64,000 nt of DNA from Octopus sinensis. Its lineage: Eukaryota. The notes beneath the pieces are model-generated. The model saw only the letters and a list, made by a program, of their open reading frames with translations, was not told the origin of the DNA and did no database searches. This document shows, piece after piece, positions 14,191 through 25,517 of this stretch. The translations under genes were made by a program, and so were the position numbers. The stretch spans positions 58,280,001 through 58,344,000 of the forward strand of contig NC_043001.1 in NCBI RefSeq assembly GCF_006345805.1, in the 5' to 3' direction. The stretch's first letter is position 1, and every line of letters begins with the position of its first letter.

Positions 14191-15027
14191 GATTGTGGTA
14201 CATAGAAGGTGGAGAGTGAAGAGGGAGGAGAGTAGGTGGATGACAATAATGCTAATAAACCATTTATTGAAAAAATACGTACTTAGTTTAAGATGATTTT
14301 CCCTGCCAGTATTAGACAAATATAATATATTTATGTAGAAATATATTTAGTGTCACAATAATGATAACAAATCGCCCAAAAACTAATAATTATCAAATAA
14401 TCTGGATTATCAGACGTAGATGTTATATTTTCAGTCCATTTAGAATCCATTTCGATATACATTCTGAATTATTTGTGCTAGTGTTTGCATGTGCCTGTGT
14501 GTGTGCGCTTTAGTGTGTGTGCGCATGAGTGTGTGTGTGTTTGAGTGTGTGTACATTTGTATGGGTGTTTGCATGTATATAAGAAAGATTCACTGAAAAT
14601 GCTCCAGTTAATGTCGAAAGATAAATGAAAATCATTTTCTAAGAAAGGCTATATGCGTCTTTTATTCAATAAGTTTTTTTTGTTTTTTCCATTTTCTTCT
14701 AGATTTCTAATACTGCATACTATTTCTGAGACAGCTTTTCTGATTCCGAGATGTCTAAGAGTAAGTATTTCCAGGTAAATTCTGTCAAAAGAAATAACTA
14801 TGAGTAAAGTTTACACTTCAGTTTCTGAGATTCAATATGTTCCGTTAATAACATTAGCCTTTTTCTAAAAGCTGCGTACTTTTCTTATACTTTTTGTACA
14901 TTCGATTTCTTTATAAATCTTGTTTCTCGTATATATCTTTCTCTGTGCTTATTTTCCTTCGATGGCATCTAGCATAATTACATAAATACATACATACATA
15001 CACACACACACACATACATACATATAT

Positions 15028-15109
<82 letters not shown>

Positions 15110-15481
15110 TTCATACATATATGCACACATATACATACATATATATATATAGAGAGAGATACATATATATATATACATATGTAGACACAAACACGCGCAC
15201 ACTCATTTATGCACATGCATTAACAATTGTAAGACAATTGGAAGCAAACTAACAAAATATATAGTCTTGTCAATATAGATGTTCTTGAAATTTCTTATAT
15301 ATTTCTTTTATATATTTAGATGGAATGTAGACGTAGATTGAGTAATATCAAGATATTCGAGGAATGAGCCTTTATTTACGTTCCATGTGAAGTATATGTT
15401 TGCATGACCTAGGAAAATAATTCTTGTTCGGCTAAAATAGATAAATGTTTTAATGTTAAGTTTCATGACATTTACTTCTAT

Positions 15482-15494
15482 GATATATATATAT

Positions 15495-15525
<31 letters not shown>

Positions 15526-15542
15526 CATAGATAGATAGATAG

Positions 15543-15599
<57 letters not shown>

Positions 15600-15600
15600 T
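15482..15600. repeat. (TA)n plus (GATA)n microsatellite
   Basis: Direct reading. Confidence 0.9.
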
Positions 15601-15754
15601 AATACTATCTCCATGCATAGGTCGTCTAGTGTATTTAAGAATATAAAGTCCCTTTGCCCTTAAAATTTTAATTCAAGCGAAAAATTCTTAATTTCTTGAA
15701 AACATTCCAAATTTTTAAGCGATAATGCGGTTCTATATTTAATACATGAGGTAT

Positions 15755-15900
15755 TATGAACATTATTTACAATTGACGGATATTTGTTCTCATCATGTTT
15801 GTAGTGAACACAACATTTCTGCTGATATACCCTCCAGGCTTTATCAGGTGTTTTAAGGAAATTTCGAAGCTGGGTTCTCATTCCTAAGATATTTTTCGAT
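15755..15900 (-). mobile_element. 3' tail of composite tRNA-(TAA)n-hammerhead SINE, copy 1 (degenerate hammerhead at 15807-15852)
   Basis: Reverse complement ATCGAAAAATATCTTAGGAATGAGAACCCAGCTTCGAAATTTCCTTAAAACAC CTGATAA AGCCTGGAGGGTATATCAGCA GAAATGTT GTGTT aligns with 20593-20686. Confidence 0.8.
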
Positions 15901-15970
15901 GTTGTTGTTGTTGTTGTTGCTATTATTATTATTATTGATATTATTATTATTGTTGTTGCTGTTGTTGTTG

Positions 15971-16035
<65 letters not shown>
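15901..16035. repeat. (GTT)n/(ATT)n tract: 3' tail/target of R4 element A
   Basis: Direct reading. Confidence 0.95.
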
Positions 16036-19000
16036 TTTTTCTTCTTTCAAATTTGCTTCCATTTCTTGCCGAGTGTCTTCCAGACTCCTAGGGCAAAGAA
16101 ACTCATAGTATACATTGGTAGGCCATTAAACCAAACTCATTCATTTTTTTTTTTTAAAGTTAAATTAAAATACATGAGCAGCAACAGTTCTCACATCGAC
16201 AATGCTCTTCTCAATACGTGTGATGTACCAGTTAAGACAATCTTTTGCACTTCTTGCAGAGATGTTAAGCCAGGGATCATTCTCATATAATTTTCGGTTC
16301 CCTTCTTGATCATTCCTAGTGCTCCTACGATCACTGGTATTGTAACCGCCTTGAGATGCCACATTTTCTCAATTTCAATGAGTAGGTCTTTATATTTTCT
16401 GAGCTTGTCAAACTCTTTCGCTGAGATATTATGATCACATGGGATGCTCATGTCGATCAATAAGCAAACTTTATTGTTTTGGTCTTTCACAACAATATCT
16501 GGTTTATTGGCCTTGATGGTTCGGTCTGTATGTACTGGAAAGTCCTACAGAATGGTTACATTTTCTCCTTCAGTTACAGCCTCAGGGTGGTGATTATACC
16601 ACTTGTCGGCACATTTGATATTGTAATGCCGACTTATTAGCCAGTGGAGATATTGGCCAACTCTGTCATGTCTTAATTTATACTCCACTGGTGCTAAGAC
16701 TTTACATCCAGAGATTAGGTGGTCCACTGTTTCAATCATGTCGTTGCAGAATCGGCATTTTGGGTCTGCTCCATTTTTCATCACATTGGCCTGGTAGTTC
16801 CGGGTTAATAGGCTTTGATCTTGAGCAGCCAGGATGAAACCTTCGCTCTCTGCTTTTAGCCCTGAGCTCCGTAGCCACTGATGGATTTGCTTCTGGTCAA
16901 TATCAGCTTGTTTGCTGCGGGTCACATATTTGCCGTGCAGAGGTTTCTCCTCCCACCTATTAGCCAATTGCTCGTGCGATTTCTTCATTGCCATCATTTT
17001 CACCTTCTTTGCAACAATAGTTGCCATACTTCCCCCGGGTTGTTCAGTTTGGGTATCCTGCACGAGATCAATAGCAACTTTTTTGCTTTCCTTTATGATA
17101 GAATGAAGCTTCTTTCGTCTCTCGTGATTTTCCACGAGCTTTAGCATCCAGTCATTCGATATTTCGAGATATTTGGCCAGTCCAGTTGTGGTTGTTTTGT
17201 AAGCTAGTTCAAATTGGATCAGGCCTCGACCTCCTTGGGCTCTCGGAAGGTAAAGGCAATCTACGTCTGTTTTGGGTGGTGCATCCTATTACAACTCAGC
17301 AGCTTGCGTATTTTTCTATCTATATTCTTTACTTCACTCATATTCCAGTTCAACACATTGTAGCTATAAGTAACAACTGGAACTGCTAAGGAATTTATAG
17401 CTAACACCTTGTTACGTGCATTTAGTTCAGATTTCAGGACTGCACGAACTCTCCTATAACATTCCTTCCTGATTTTCTCTTTCATGCTTGCATGCTGAAT
17501 ACCAGAGCCTTCATTTATCCCTAAATATTTGTATGTTTGTTCTTGCTCAAGCTCTCTTATGACTGTGTCAACATCTAACACGACTGAATTTGTGGTCTTC
17601 ACTTTCCCTTTCTGGAAAGTGGCCTTGGCACACTTCTCAAGTCCAAACTCCATCCCGATGTCATCGCTGAATGCTTTCACGGTGCGCAATAGGCCTTCAA
17701 GTTCATTATTGTCTTTACCATAAAGTTTTAAGTCATCCATATAAAATAGATGGCTTATTTTTTTATTGGCAATTTTTTACCCATACCCTGTTCGGTTTAA
17801 TTCACTTGTAAGGGGTATTAGGGCTATAGAGAATATTCCACAGTTGATGTTTATATTTTCTGAGGCAAGTACTCCATTAGAGTGGTATAATTGGAGATTC
17901 GTATTCCACAACGACATATTGTGCTTCAGGAAGTTTGAAATCACAAGGGAAATTTTGAAGATGTCCAGCGATCTCAAGATCCATGGATTCGGTATACTGT
18001 CGAAGGCCTTTTTGTAGTCAATCCATGCGGTGCTGAGATTTCTGCGCTTGTTGTGACAGTTCTGAAGGATCATACGATTGATTAGCAGTTGATCTTTGCA
18101 TCCGTAAGAGCCTCGGAGGCACCCTTTTTGTTCAATGGGGAAAATATCGTTCTCTATGAATGCATATGTTTTCTCCGCCAGGATAGATGTTAGGATTTTA
18201 TACGTGGTGGATATACAGGTTGTAGGCCGATATTTTTTTGGAAGGTTGGTTTCGTTATTCTTTGGGAGTAGGTAAGTAATGCCACTTGCTAACCATTCAG
18301 GTGTTTTCTTTGGGTCTCTCATAATTCCATTGAGCAGCTGAACTAGCTTACCGTGTGCGCATGGGAGCGATGCGAGCCAGAAATTCGGCACCCTATCTTT
18401 ACCGGGGGATTTCCAATTATGGGCCTTCGTGAGTGCTTTTCTTAGGTCTGCTATTGTGATGTCTTCCCATGCTTGTTGTTGTAAATTTTGGTAGGATCCA
18501 TCAGTTTGTATAATCCAGTCTGCATTTATGTTGTACGTCTTCTTGTCACTCCAAATCCTTTTCCAAAAGTTTTGAACTTCTTCCATGGGAGGGGGGTCTT
18601 TAACGGTTACTTTCTCCTTGCCTATTTCTCTGTAGAATTTTTTGGCATTGGATGTGAACAGCTTATTTTGCTTGTAAAACTTGTTTCTCTTCTCAAATCT
18701 TCGTATTCTTTGGGCTTTTGCTTGGACTTTTTGTTTCAGCATTTCTTTTATTGATATCAGTCCTTCTGTTGGTGAGGATCCAAATTTTCTCTTCATCTTT
18801 CTTCCTGTTCTGGATCTTACATCATTTCCACATATTAGTTCATTTAATATTGATAAATTCAATCTCATAAATTCAATCTCTTTTTCAATTTTACTTCTCC
18901 AGGTTTGATTTCTTCCCAGGTTTTGTTTTCTTTGTTTTTTCGGGGGCATACAGCTGGTTTCAATTGCCCTAGCAGAAGCGTAAATAATTTCATTTAACTC

Positions 19001-20204
19001 AGTAAAATCAGGTTTTAATTCTCGTATTATTTCATTTGTTACATAGTTGCCAATTTGGATTTGTTTTTTTTATTTTGGTTTGCATTTAAGAGTTTATGAA
19101 GTGGTTCTCTATCATTCATACTTGTATGTCTTACAACTTCAAGCGTATTCAGGATTTTCTGCCTCATTTCTGCCATAGACTCTCTGTGTTCTTCAGCAAA
19201 TGCGAAATCTTCAGTTACTGTTGTTTTTCCGTTTTCCTGGCTATATTTAACAGGTACAACGTCAAGCGTATTCAGGATTTTCTGCCTCATTTCTGCCATA
19301 GACTCTCTGTGTTCTTCAGCAAATGAGAAATCTTCAGTTACTGTTGTTTTTCCGTTTTCCTGGCTATATTTAACAGGTACAACGTCAAGCGTATTCAGGA
19401 TTTTCTGCCTCATTTCTGCCATAGACTCTCTGTGTTCTTCAGCAAATGCGAGATCTTCAGTTACTGTTGTTTTTTCGTTTTCCTGGCTATCTTTAACAGG
19501 TATAATAGAATTTCTTGTATCTTCAGGCCTTTGCGTACTTTGGTCAGATGGCATTCTTTCAATTAAGCCTCGTGGCGGGCTATACTGTTCATCTGATTCT
19601 TCATTTCCTTTGTGTCTTATATTTATGTCATTTTCCGTTGCGTGCTTGATCGCGCTTATTTCACTGTCTGTGAGTCTGTTATTTCTAAGGATATCCCTCC
19701 TCACATTTGCTAATTTGTTCTCGTCCAAATAGGGCCTACTGTCTTGATTCCGTGTTCTCTATATACTGTAAGAGTTTGCGGTGTGTCTCTCTTGAGATGG
19801 CCTACCTAATGCATAGTAATAAGCGTATATTACTTCTTTATACTCTTCTCGGGTCCATTTGTTCCGCTTACATTTTTCTTTCTGTGGTGGTTGTGGTGGT
19901 GAACTTGGAGGGCTCGAGTTGGGGGATTTCCCGTTCAAGTGACTATCCATGTCCGTATTCGGAGAAGAGTTTGTGCCAGTTGATGACTTTTCGATCCCAG
20001 GCTGGCTCTTCCCTGGGGGACGCGCTTCTAGATTAACCATAGGACAAGCGATTTGGTATACTGATTTAGTTTTCCTTTTAGTTTCGAAAAACATTTTGGT
20101 GCTACGATAAAGTTATCATTTTTTAGCTTTCATTGGCTCGTGGGGAGACGGCCATCATTGCCGTTACGATTATAATAGTACCATTATAGCAGCCGTAGTC
20201 GGCT
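16036..20204 (-). mobile_element. Near-full-length R4/Dong-clade RLE non-LTR retrotransposon A (defective)
   Basis: Ordered ORF pieces: N-terminal RNKWTREEYKEVIYAYYY...LDENKLANVRRDIL (Myb-like); RT with WKSPGKDRVPNFWL, EQKGC, AWIDYKKAFDS, YMDDLKLY; CRFC-x-HLISGC knuckle; RTIKANKPDIVV...LIDMSIP...KYKDL endonuclease. TAA-type repeats on both sides; several stops and frameshifts. Confidence 0.95.
19133..19501 (-). repeat. Three tandem 123 bp in-frame repeats inside the ORF of element A
   Basis: AAGCGTATTCAGGATTTTCTGCC starts at 19141, 19264 and 19387; 41-aa unit seen three times in ORF 19039-19728. Confidence 0.95.
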
Positions 20205-20315
20205 TATTATTGTTATTATCATCACCATTACCATCACTATCATCATTATCACCACCATTACCATCATCATTATCATCATTATCATCATTATTATTATTAT
20301 TATTATTACTATTAC

Positions 20316-20358
<43 letters not shown>

Positions 20359-20370
20359 GTTATTATTATT
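20205..20370. repeat. (CAT/CAC/ATT)n tract at the 5' flank of element A
   Basis: Direct reading. Confidence 0.9.
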
Positions 20371-20432
20371 CAGGTCACTGCCTGGAATTAAACTAGGTAT
20401 CTTGGAGTTAGTAGCCCGCGCTTTTAACCACT
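20371..20432 (-). mobile_element. tRNA-derived head of composite SINE, copy 1
   Basis: Reverse complement AGTGGTTAAAAGCGCGGGCTACTAACTCCAAGATACCTAGTTTAATTCCAGGCAGTGACCTG then AATAATAAC: A-box-like AGTGGTTAA, anticodon-like arm, degenerate B box. Confidence 0.7.
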
Positions 20433-20440
20433 AATAATAA

Positions 20441-20500
20441 CCGCGCTACTAACCCCAAAATTCCAGGCAGTTATCTGAATAAAAAAAAAATTTTTTTTTA

Positions 20501-20567
<67 letters not shown>

Positions 20568-20710
20568 GTAGTAATAATAATAACAACAACAATATCGAAA
20601 ATGCCTTAAGAATGAGAATCACGGTTCGAAATTTTCCCAAGACACCTGATGAAGGCTTGAAGGTATATTAGCCGAAACGTTGTGTTAACAAGAAACAATT
20701 TCAAGACAAA
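20441..20710 (+). mobile_element. Composite SINE copy 2: truncated tRNA head, (AAT)n, hammerhead tail
   Basis: CTACTAACCCCAAAATTCCAGGCAGTTATCTGAATA matches the head at 20371-20432 in opposite orientation; (AAT)n 20501-20590; tail homologous to 15755-15900. Confidence 0.75.
20641..20686 (+). ncRNA. Minimal type I hammerhead ribozyme (predicted)
   Basis: GACAC CUGAUGA A GGCU-UGAAGGUAUAUU-AGCC GAA ACGU U GUGUU: stem I GACAC/GUGUU, core CUGAUGA and GAAA, stem II GGCU/AGCC, palindromic ACGU stem III; predicted cleavage after U20681. Confidence 0.75.
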
Positions 20711-20719
20711 CAATAATAA

Positions 20720-23700
20720 ATCTCTGAACGAGATACAAACAGTAACCGCTCGACAACGTAAGGGGTATTAGCCATCTGAATGTGGCTAGCCACTGGAAAG
20801 GGGGGGGGATGTTACTGATGCTTTTAACCCCAGGCGATCAACGTCACCAGAAGGACTTTAAACACTATCTCAATGCCCTTGTGTTATTTGCAAAGGGAGA
20901 TCATCCTCCCTCGAAGACCCGAGTTCTACATACGGACTATAGTTTCAAGGTAATTGCGAGCGGACTACAAAAGACCACGTAGCCGAAAATTGAACCAAAT
21001 TCTGATTGAAAAATCAGCTACTGGATCAAATCTTCCCAACACACATGAGCTGGACGTACCCCACAACCGGAATATCCCAACAGATGGCCATCCATGCTCG
21101 TCACCAAATAATCAAAAGAATAAGAAGGAAAATGGTCTAGGGAAGATAATAAAGAAGTTCTTGAGGCCTTCTGCCATGCTATATATTTCCCCATAGATAA
21201 ATCTAACACTGTACAAACATACTTAAACTGGAGACAGAAACACCCTAAAGTAAGACCCTACATAGACAGTAACAAACTTGCCAACGTCAGAAGAAACATT
21301 ATAAAAAAGAAATTACTGACTGAAGTAGAGATTGATCAAGTTAGACAAGCAATATCGGATAAAATGAACGAAGCTGCAGCTACAGAAGATAATACAGAGG
21401 AAATAATTATAGACCAGCCCAGGGCTGATAAAAACGAAGTAAGGATTGAAAGAGTTAGTATAAGAGATAGGCAAAGTGAAATACTCCCTGAACCAATCAT
21501 AAACACTAAGACAGATGAATATCAAATAGATAAAGAAAGTCACACAAATATTGACCCAAAAGTACTACATGAGCTAAAAAATCAAATCATGATTGAATGG
21601 CTGAAAATTAAAGAAACCAGCATGGATGAACGTGATACACTACCTAAAATCCGCAACTCTAACCAAAACATGAAAATAATTGGTAAAATCCGGCTTGCAC
21701 TTAAGGATATAATTTCAGCTAATGATGTTGATATCACACATCTCAACCACGTACACTATGCATCCGCGAAAATCTCAACGATCCTATGTGGTGTAAAGAT
21801 TAGAAAACGGCAACATTTCCACAAAAAGCCTTCTTGGCAAGAGCGTCTGCAACAACAAATTAAACTATTTAGATCTGACATTGAATATTTGAAAAAACCT
21901 TAAGGTTCACAAGACTACCAAACCTACAAAAACCCCAAAATCGCGCACAAAATACAATATGAAAACTATACTTGATATTGATGCCACCATAGAAACCATC
22001 AAACAAAAGGTATCTGCCAAAGCTGCCCGCATAGCAAGGTATGAAAAGAGTATTAGAGTTTTCAAGGACAACAACATGTTCAAAAATAACCCCAAGAATA
22101 TTTACAGGAAGATAGGAAAAACAGCGTTTACTGTAAAGTCTGTACGATCAAAAGAAGAAGTGCAGGGATTTTGGAATAAAATTTGGGCAGAAGAAAAAAC
22201 ACACAACGAAAAGGCCCCCTGGATTGACAGAATATCTACAGAACTGGTCCCCTTAGAAGAGCAAAAGTGGGAGGGTGTCACGGTAGAAGATATACGATCT
22301 GCTCTCAGGAGGTCAAGCAAATGGAAGTCTCCAGGAAAGGATAAAATTCCTAACTTCTGGCTGAATGCCCTCCCAGAGAGCCATGAACTGCTAACAGAAC
22401 TGTACAATGTTTTGAAACACCCTAGTAGGATGCCTGCTTGGCTTGTTAATGGGTTAACATTCCTGCTTCCAAAAAGTGAAGAAACAAATGAACCAAAAAA
22501 CTATAGACCCATAACCTGCTTAACAACTATGTACAAAACGCTAACATCTGTCCTGACGGAATATACTTATAGTTTTTTAACAGACAGCAACATATTCCCT
22601 AATGAACAGAAAGGATGTAAACGTGGATCCTACGGCTGCAAAGACCAACTACACATCAATAAAATGATCTTAGAAGATTGTCACAAATGACACAAAAACT
22701 ATCAATAGCCTGGATAGACTATAAAAAGGCTTTTGGTAGCCTACCACATAGCTGGATTAGGAAATGCCTGGAAATGTATAAGATAACACCTACTCTGCGA
22801 AACTTTTTGACTGTAAGTATGAGATCATGGAGTACCACACTAACTCTGAACAGTAACAATGAATCCCTAAATGCTGGTGATGTAAAAATTTCGTGTGACA
22901 TTTTCCAGGGTGACTCACTGTCACCACTCCTCTTTTGTTTAACCTTAATACCTCCCTCAAAACTGGCCAATGACGCACAGTACGGGTATAAAATGTTTGA
23001 TAAAAATATAAATCATCTCATTTACATGGATGATTTAAAGCTTTTTGCAAAATATGACCAACAACTCAAGGGCTTACTAGCGATAGTCAAACAATTCAGT
23101 GACGACATCAGAATGCAATTCGGCCTCGATAAATGTGCAAAAGCTACCTTTATCAAAGGGAAAATGAAAGAAACATCTAACGTTAACCTTGACCAGCAGA
23201 ATGTCATAAAAGAACTAGACCCAGCGGAGAGCTACAAGTACCTAGGGGTAATTGAAGGGAACGGAATAAGGCATTCAGAGATGCAGGAAAGGATCAGGAG
23301 AAAATGCTATCGAAGAGTGAGAGCAATACTCAAGACAGAGCTGAATGCAAGAAACAGGATCGAAGCGATCAATGCATTAGCCATACCAGTCGTGACTTAC
23401 AGTTTCAATATCGTTAACTGGTCAATTACTGAAATATGTCAGCTCGACAGAAAAATAAGAAAACTGTTGACAATGCATAGATTGCACCACCCTCAGGCAG
23501 ATACAGAACGACTTTATCTGCCAAGAAAAGAGGGAGGCCGTGGTGTTTTGCAACTGGCAATAACAATGTAGATTGCTACAATTGGCCTAGACACCTCAAA
23601 AGATGAAAACAAGAAAGCATCATACTCAATAACAAATCGGGCAAAGGAATACAACAAATTTCGGAATTAGAGATAGACATACAAGAAACAAGCACAGAAA

Positions 23701-24680
23701 AGGTTAGGCGCATGAAAGCCTGTGCCATAATTGCGGCCTTAGATATTCTGAATAATAAATGGCAAGAAAAACCTCTCTATGGCAAATACCTAAAGAAAGC
23801 GAATAATGAAGATATTGACAAAGCCTTGACCCATCAATGGCTAATGGCCTCTGGCTTAAAATCTGAAACAGAAGGGTTCATCATGGCAGCTCAAGATCAA
23901 CGCCTACCAATAAGAAACTACCAGGCCAACATATTAAAGAACGGCAGTAGCCCAACATGTCGTGTATGCCGACAACAAAATGAAACCATTGATCATGTTG
24001 TCTCCAAATGCAGTCTTCTAGCGCCTACAGAGTACCTCAACAGGCATGATAGAGCTGCACAATATATTCACTGGGTAATTTGCAAAAACCTGGATTTGCC
24101 CCATGAAAAAAACTGGTGGGAACACAATCCACCTCCAGTGCTTGAAAATGACCACATCTTACTCCTCTGGAACGTCACCATTCAAACTGACAGAAAGATA
24201 GATGCAAATAGGCCAGACATCATATTGAAAGACTTCAGACAAAGAACATACCTCCTCATTGATATGATTGTCCCAATCGATATAAACGTATCTGTCAGCA
24301 AAATGTGGAACATGAAGACTAAAACAATACCTGTTGTCATAGGTGCCCTCGGAATGATAGCGAAAAGGGCTGATTGCTACCTAACTCAGATACCAGGAAA
24401 CCCCAAAATGGCAGAAATTTAAAAGATAGAGCTCATGGGAACTGCTCATATCCTACGCAAAATACTCTCTATGTAATGCCAAGGTTTAAAACAAACTTTT
24501 TTTTTTTACTTTTAAATTTATGTATTAGACATTCACTAGTACAACACCAAAACAAAACCCAAATATATGGCACACTAGGCATAACAACAACGTGAACTTC
24601 CAACCTGTTGTCTTTTGAGGTCTCTGGGTGAGACTTGGAGCCAACTTGTACAGACATAAAGCAAAAGTCAAACATAGAAT
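20720..24680 (+). mobile_element. Near-full-length R4/Dong-clade retrotransposon B (distinct family, defective)
   Basis: RPYIDSNKLANVRRNI N-terminus; WKSPGKDKIPNFWL, EQKGCKRGSYGCKDQL, FQGDSLSPLLF, YMDDLKLF; CRVC...HVVSKC knuckle; DANRPDII...LIDM endonuclease; preceded by AATAATAA at about 20712-20719 and followed by (AAT)n 24678-24696. Confidence 0.93.
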
Positions 24681-24699
24681 AATAATAATAATAATTCGC

Positions 24700-25250
24700 T
24701 AGTGCACCAAGGTATTTGAAACGGAAGGATACAAATACCTTTGAGTATTACAGTGCAACGAGATAATGGAAAAGGAAATGAAAGATCAACTGAGAACGGA
24801 GTAATTCCGAAAGACTGAGCTAGTTGTTGCGCTCTAATTTGACTAGAGGGAATAAATTCTAAGCAGTTATTACGTGAGTAATAATATCACTTCGGTATGA
24901 AGCGGGAATTATAAAATTGCAACAGAGAGAAATGGAAAAAGCCTGATACCTAGACCAGAAAAATGTTGACAGTACACGAAGACTTCCACTCTAGAATGAT
25001 ACCGATATGCCGTACTTGTCCGAAACAAAGGGTGGGAAAGGTTTGATTAATTGCCAGGACTGCATCGAAGCAAACGTAAGCCTAGTGTGGTTAATAAAAA
25101 ATGCCGTGGAGCAGTTGTTGAAACACTCGAAGAAGGTCGGCGTCATCAACTTCCAAATATGTAAGTAAAGAACACATTAAACAAGAAATGAACAAAAAAC
25201 GAAAAACAAGGAAGGAAAAAGAAATCTACGGTAGATTTGTGAACGCCAAC
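24700..25250 (+). mobile_element. Old R4-clade post-RT fragment
   Basis: Frame-broken EGYKYL...EMKDQLRTE...GNKF.AVIT...GGKGLINCQDCIE. Confidence 0.6.
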
Positions 25251-25294
25251 TTGTGACTGTAACAAACATGCAGATTGCAAGTAAAATTATAATA

Positions 25295-25517
25295 ATTTGT
25301 TTCTTTATTACCCACAAGAGGCTAAACATAGATGGGGCAAACAAGGACAGACAAACGGATTAAGTCGATTACATCGACCCCAGTGCGTAACTGGTACTTA
25401 ATTTATCGACCCCGCAAAGTCGAGCTCGGCGGAATTTGAACTCAGAACGTAACGGCAGACGAAATACATCTACGCATTTTGCCCGGCGTGCTAACGGTTC
25501 TGCCAGCTCGTCGCCTT
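25295..25517 (-). mobile_element. SINE family 1, monomer
   Basis: Reverse complement GAGCTGGCAGAACCGTTAGCACGCCGGGC...TTCTGAGTTCAAATTCCGCCGAG...GTGGGTAATAAAGAAA. Confidence 0.85.

Noticed and set aside
19133-19501. CRISPR-like periodicity here and at 31700-32150
   Set aside because: Contiguous tandem units with no unique spacers, no cas genes, eukaryotic context.
20095-20204. HDV-like ribozyme at the 5' end of element A
   Set aside because: Only simple hairpins (AGCCG/CGGCU, ACGGC/GCCGU) were found; P1 and P3 of the HDV fold could not be assigned.
20371-20432. Possible tRNA-Ser gene
   Set aside because: Acceptor stem missing and B box degenerate; linked to a TAA tract and repeat tail, so treated as a SINE head.
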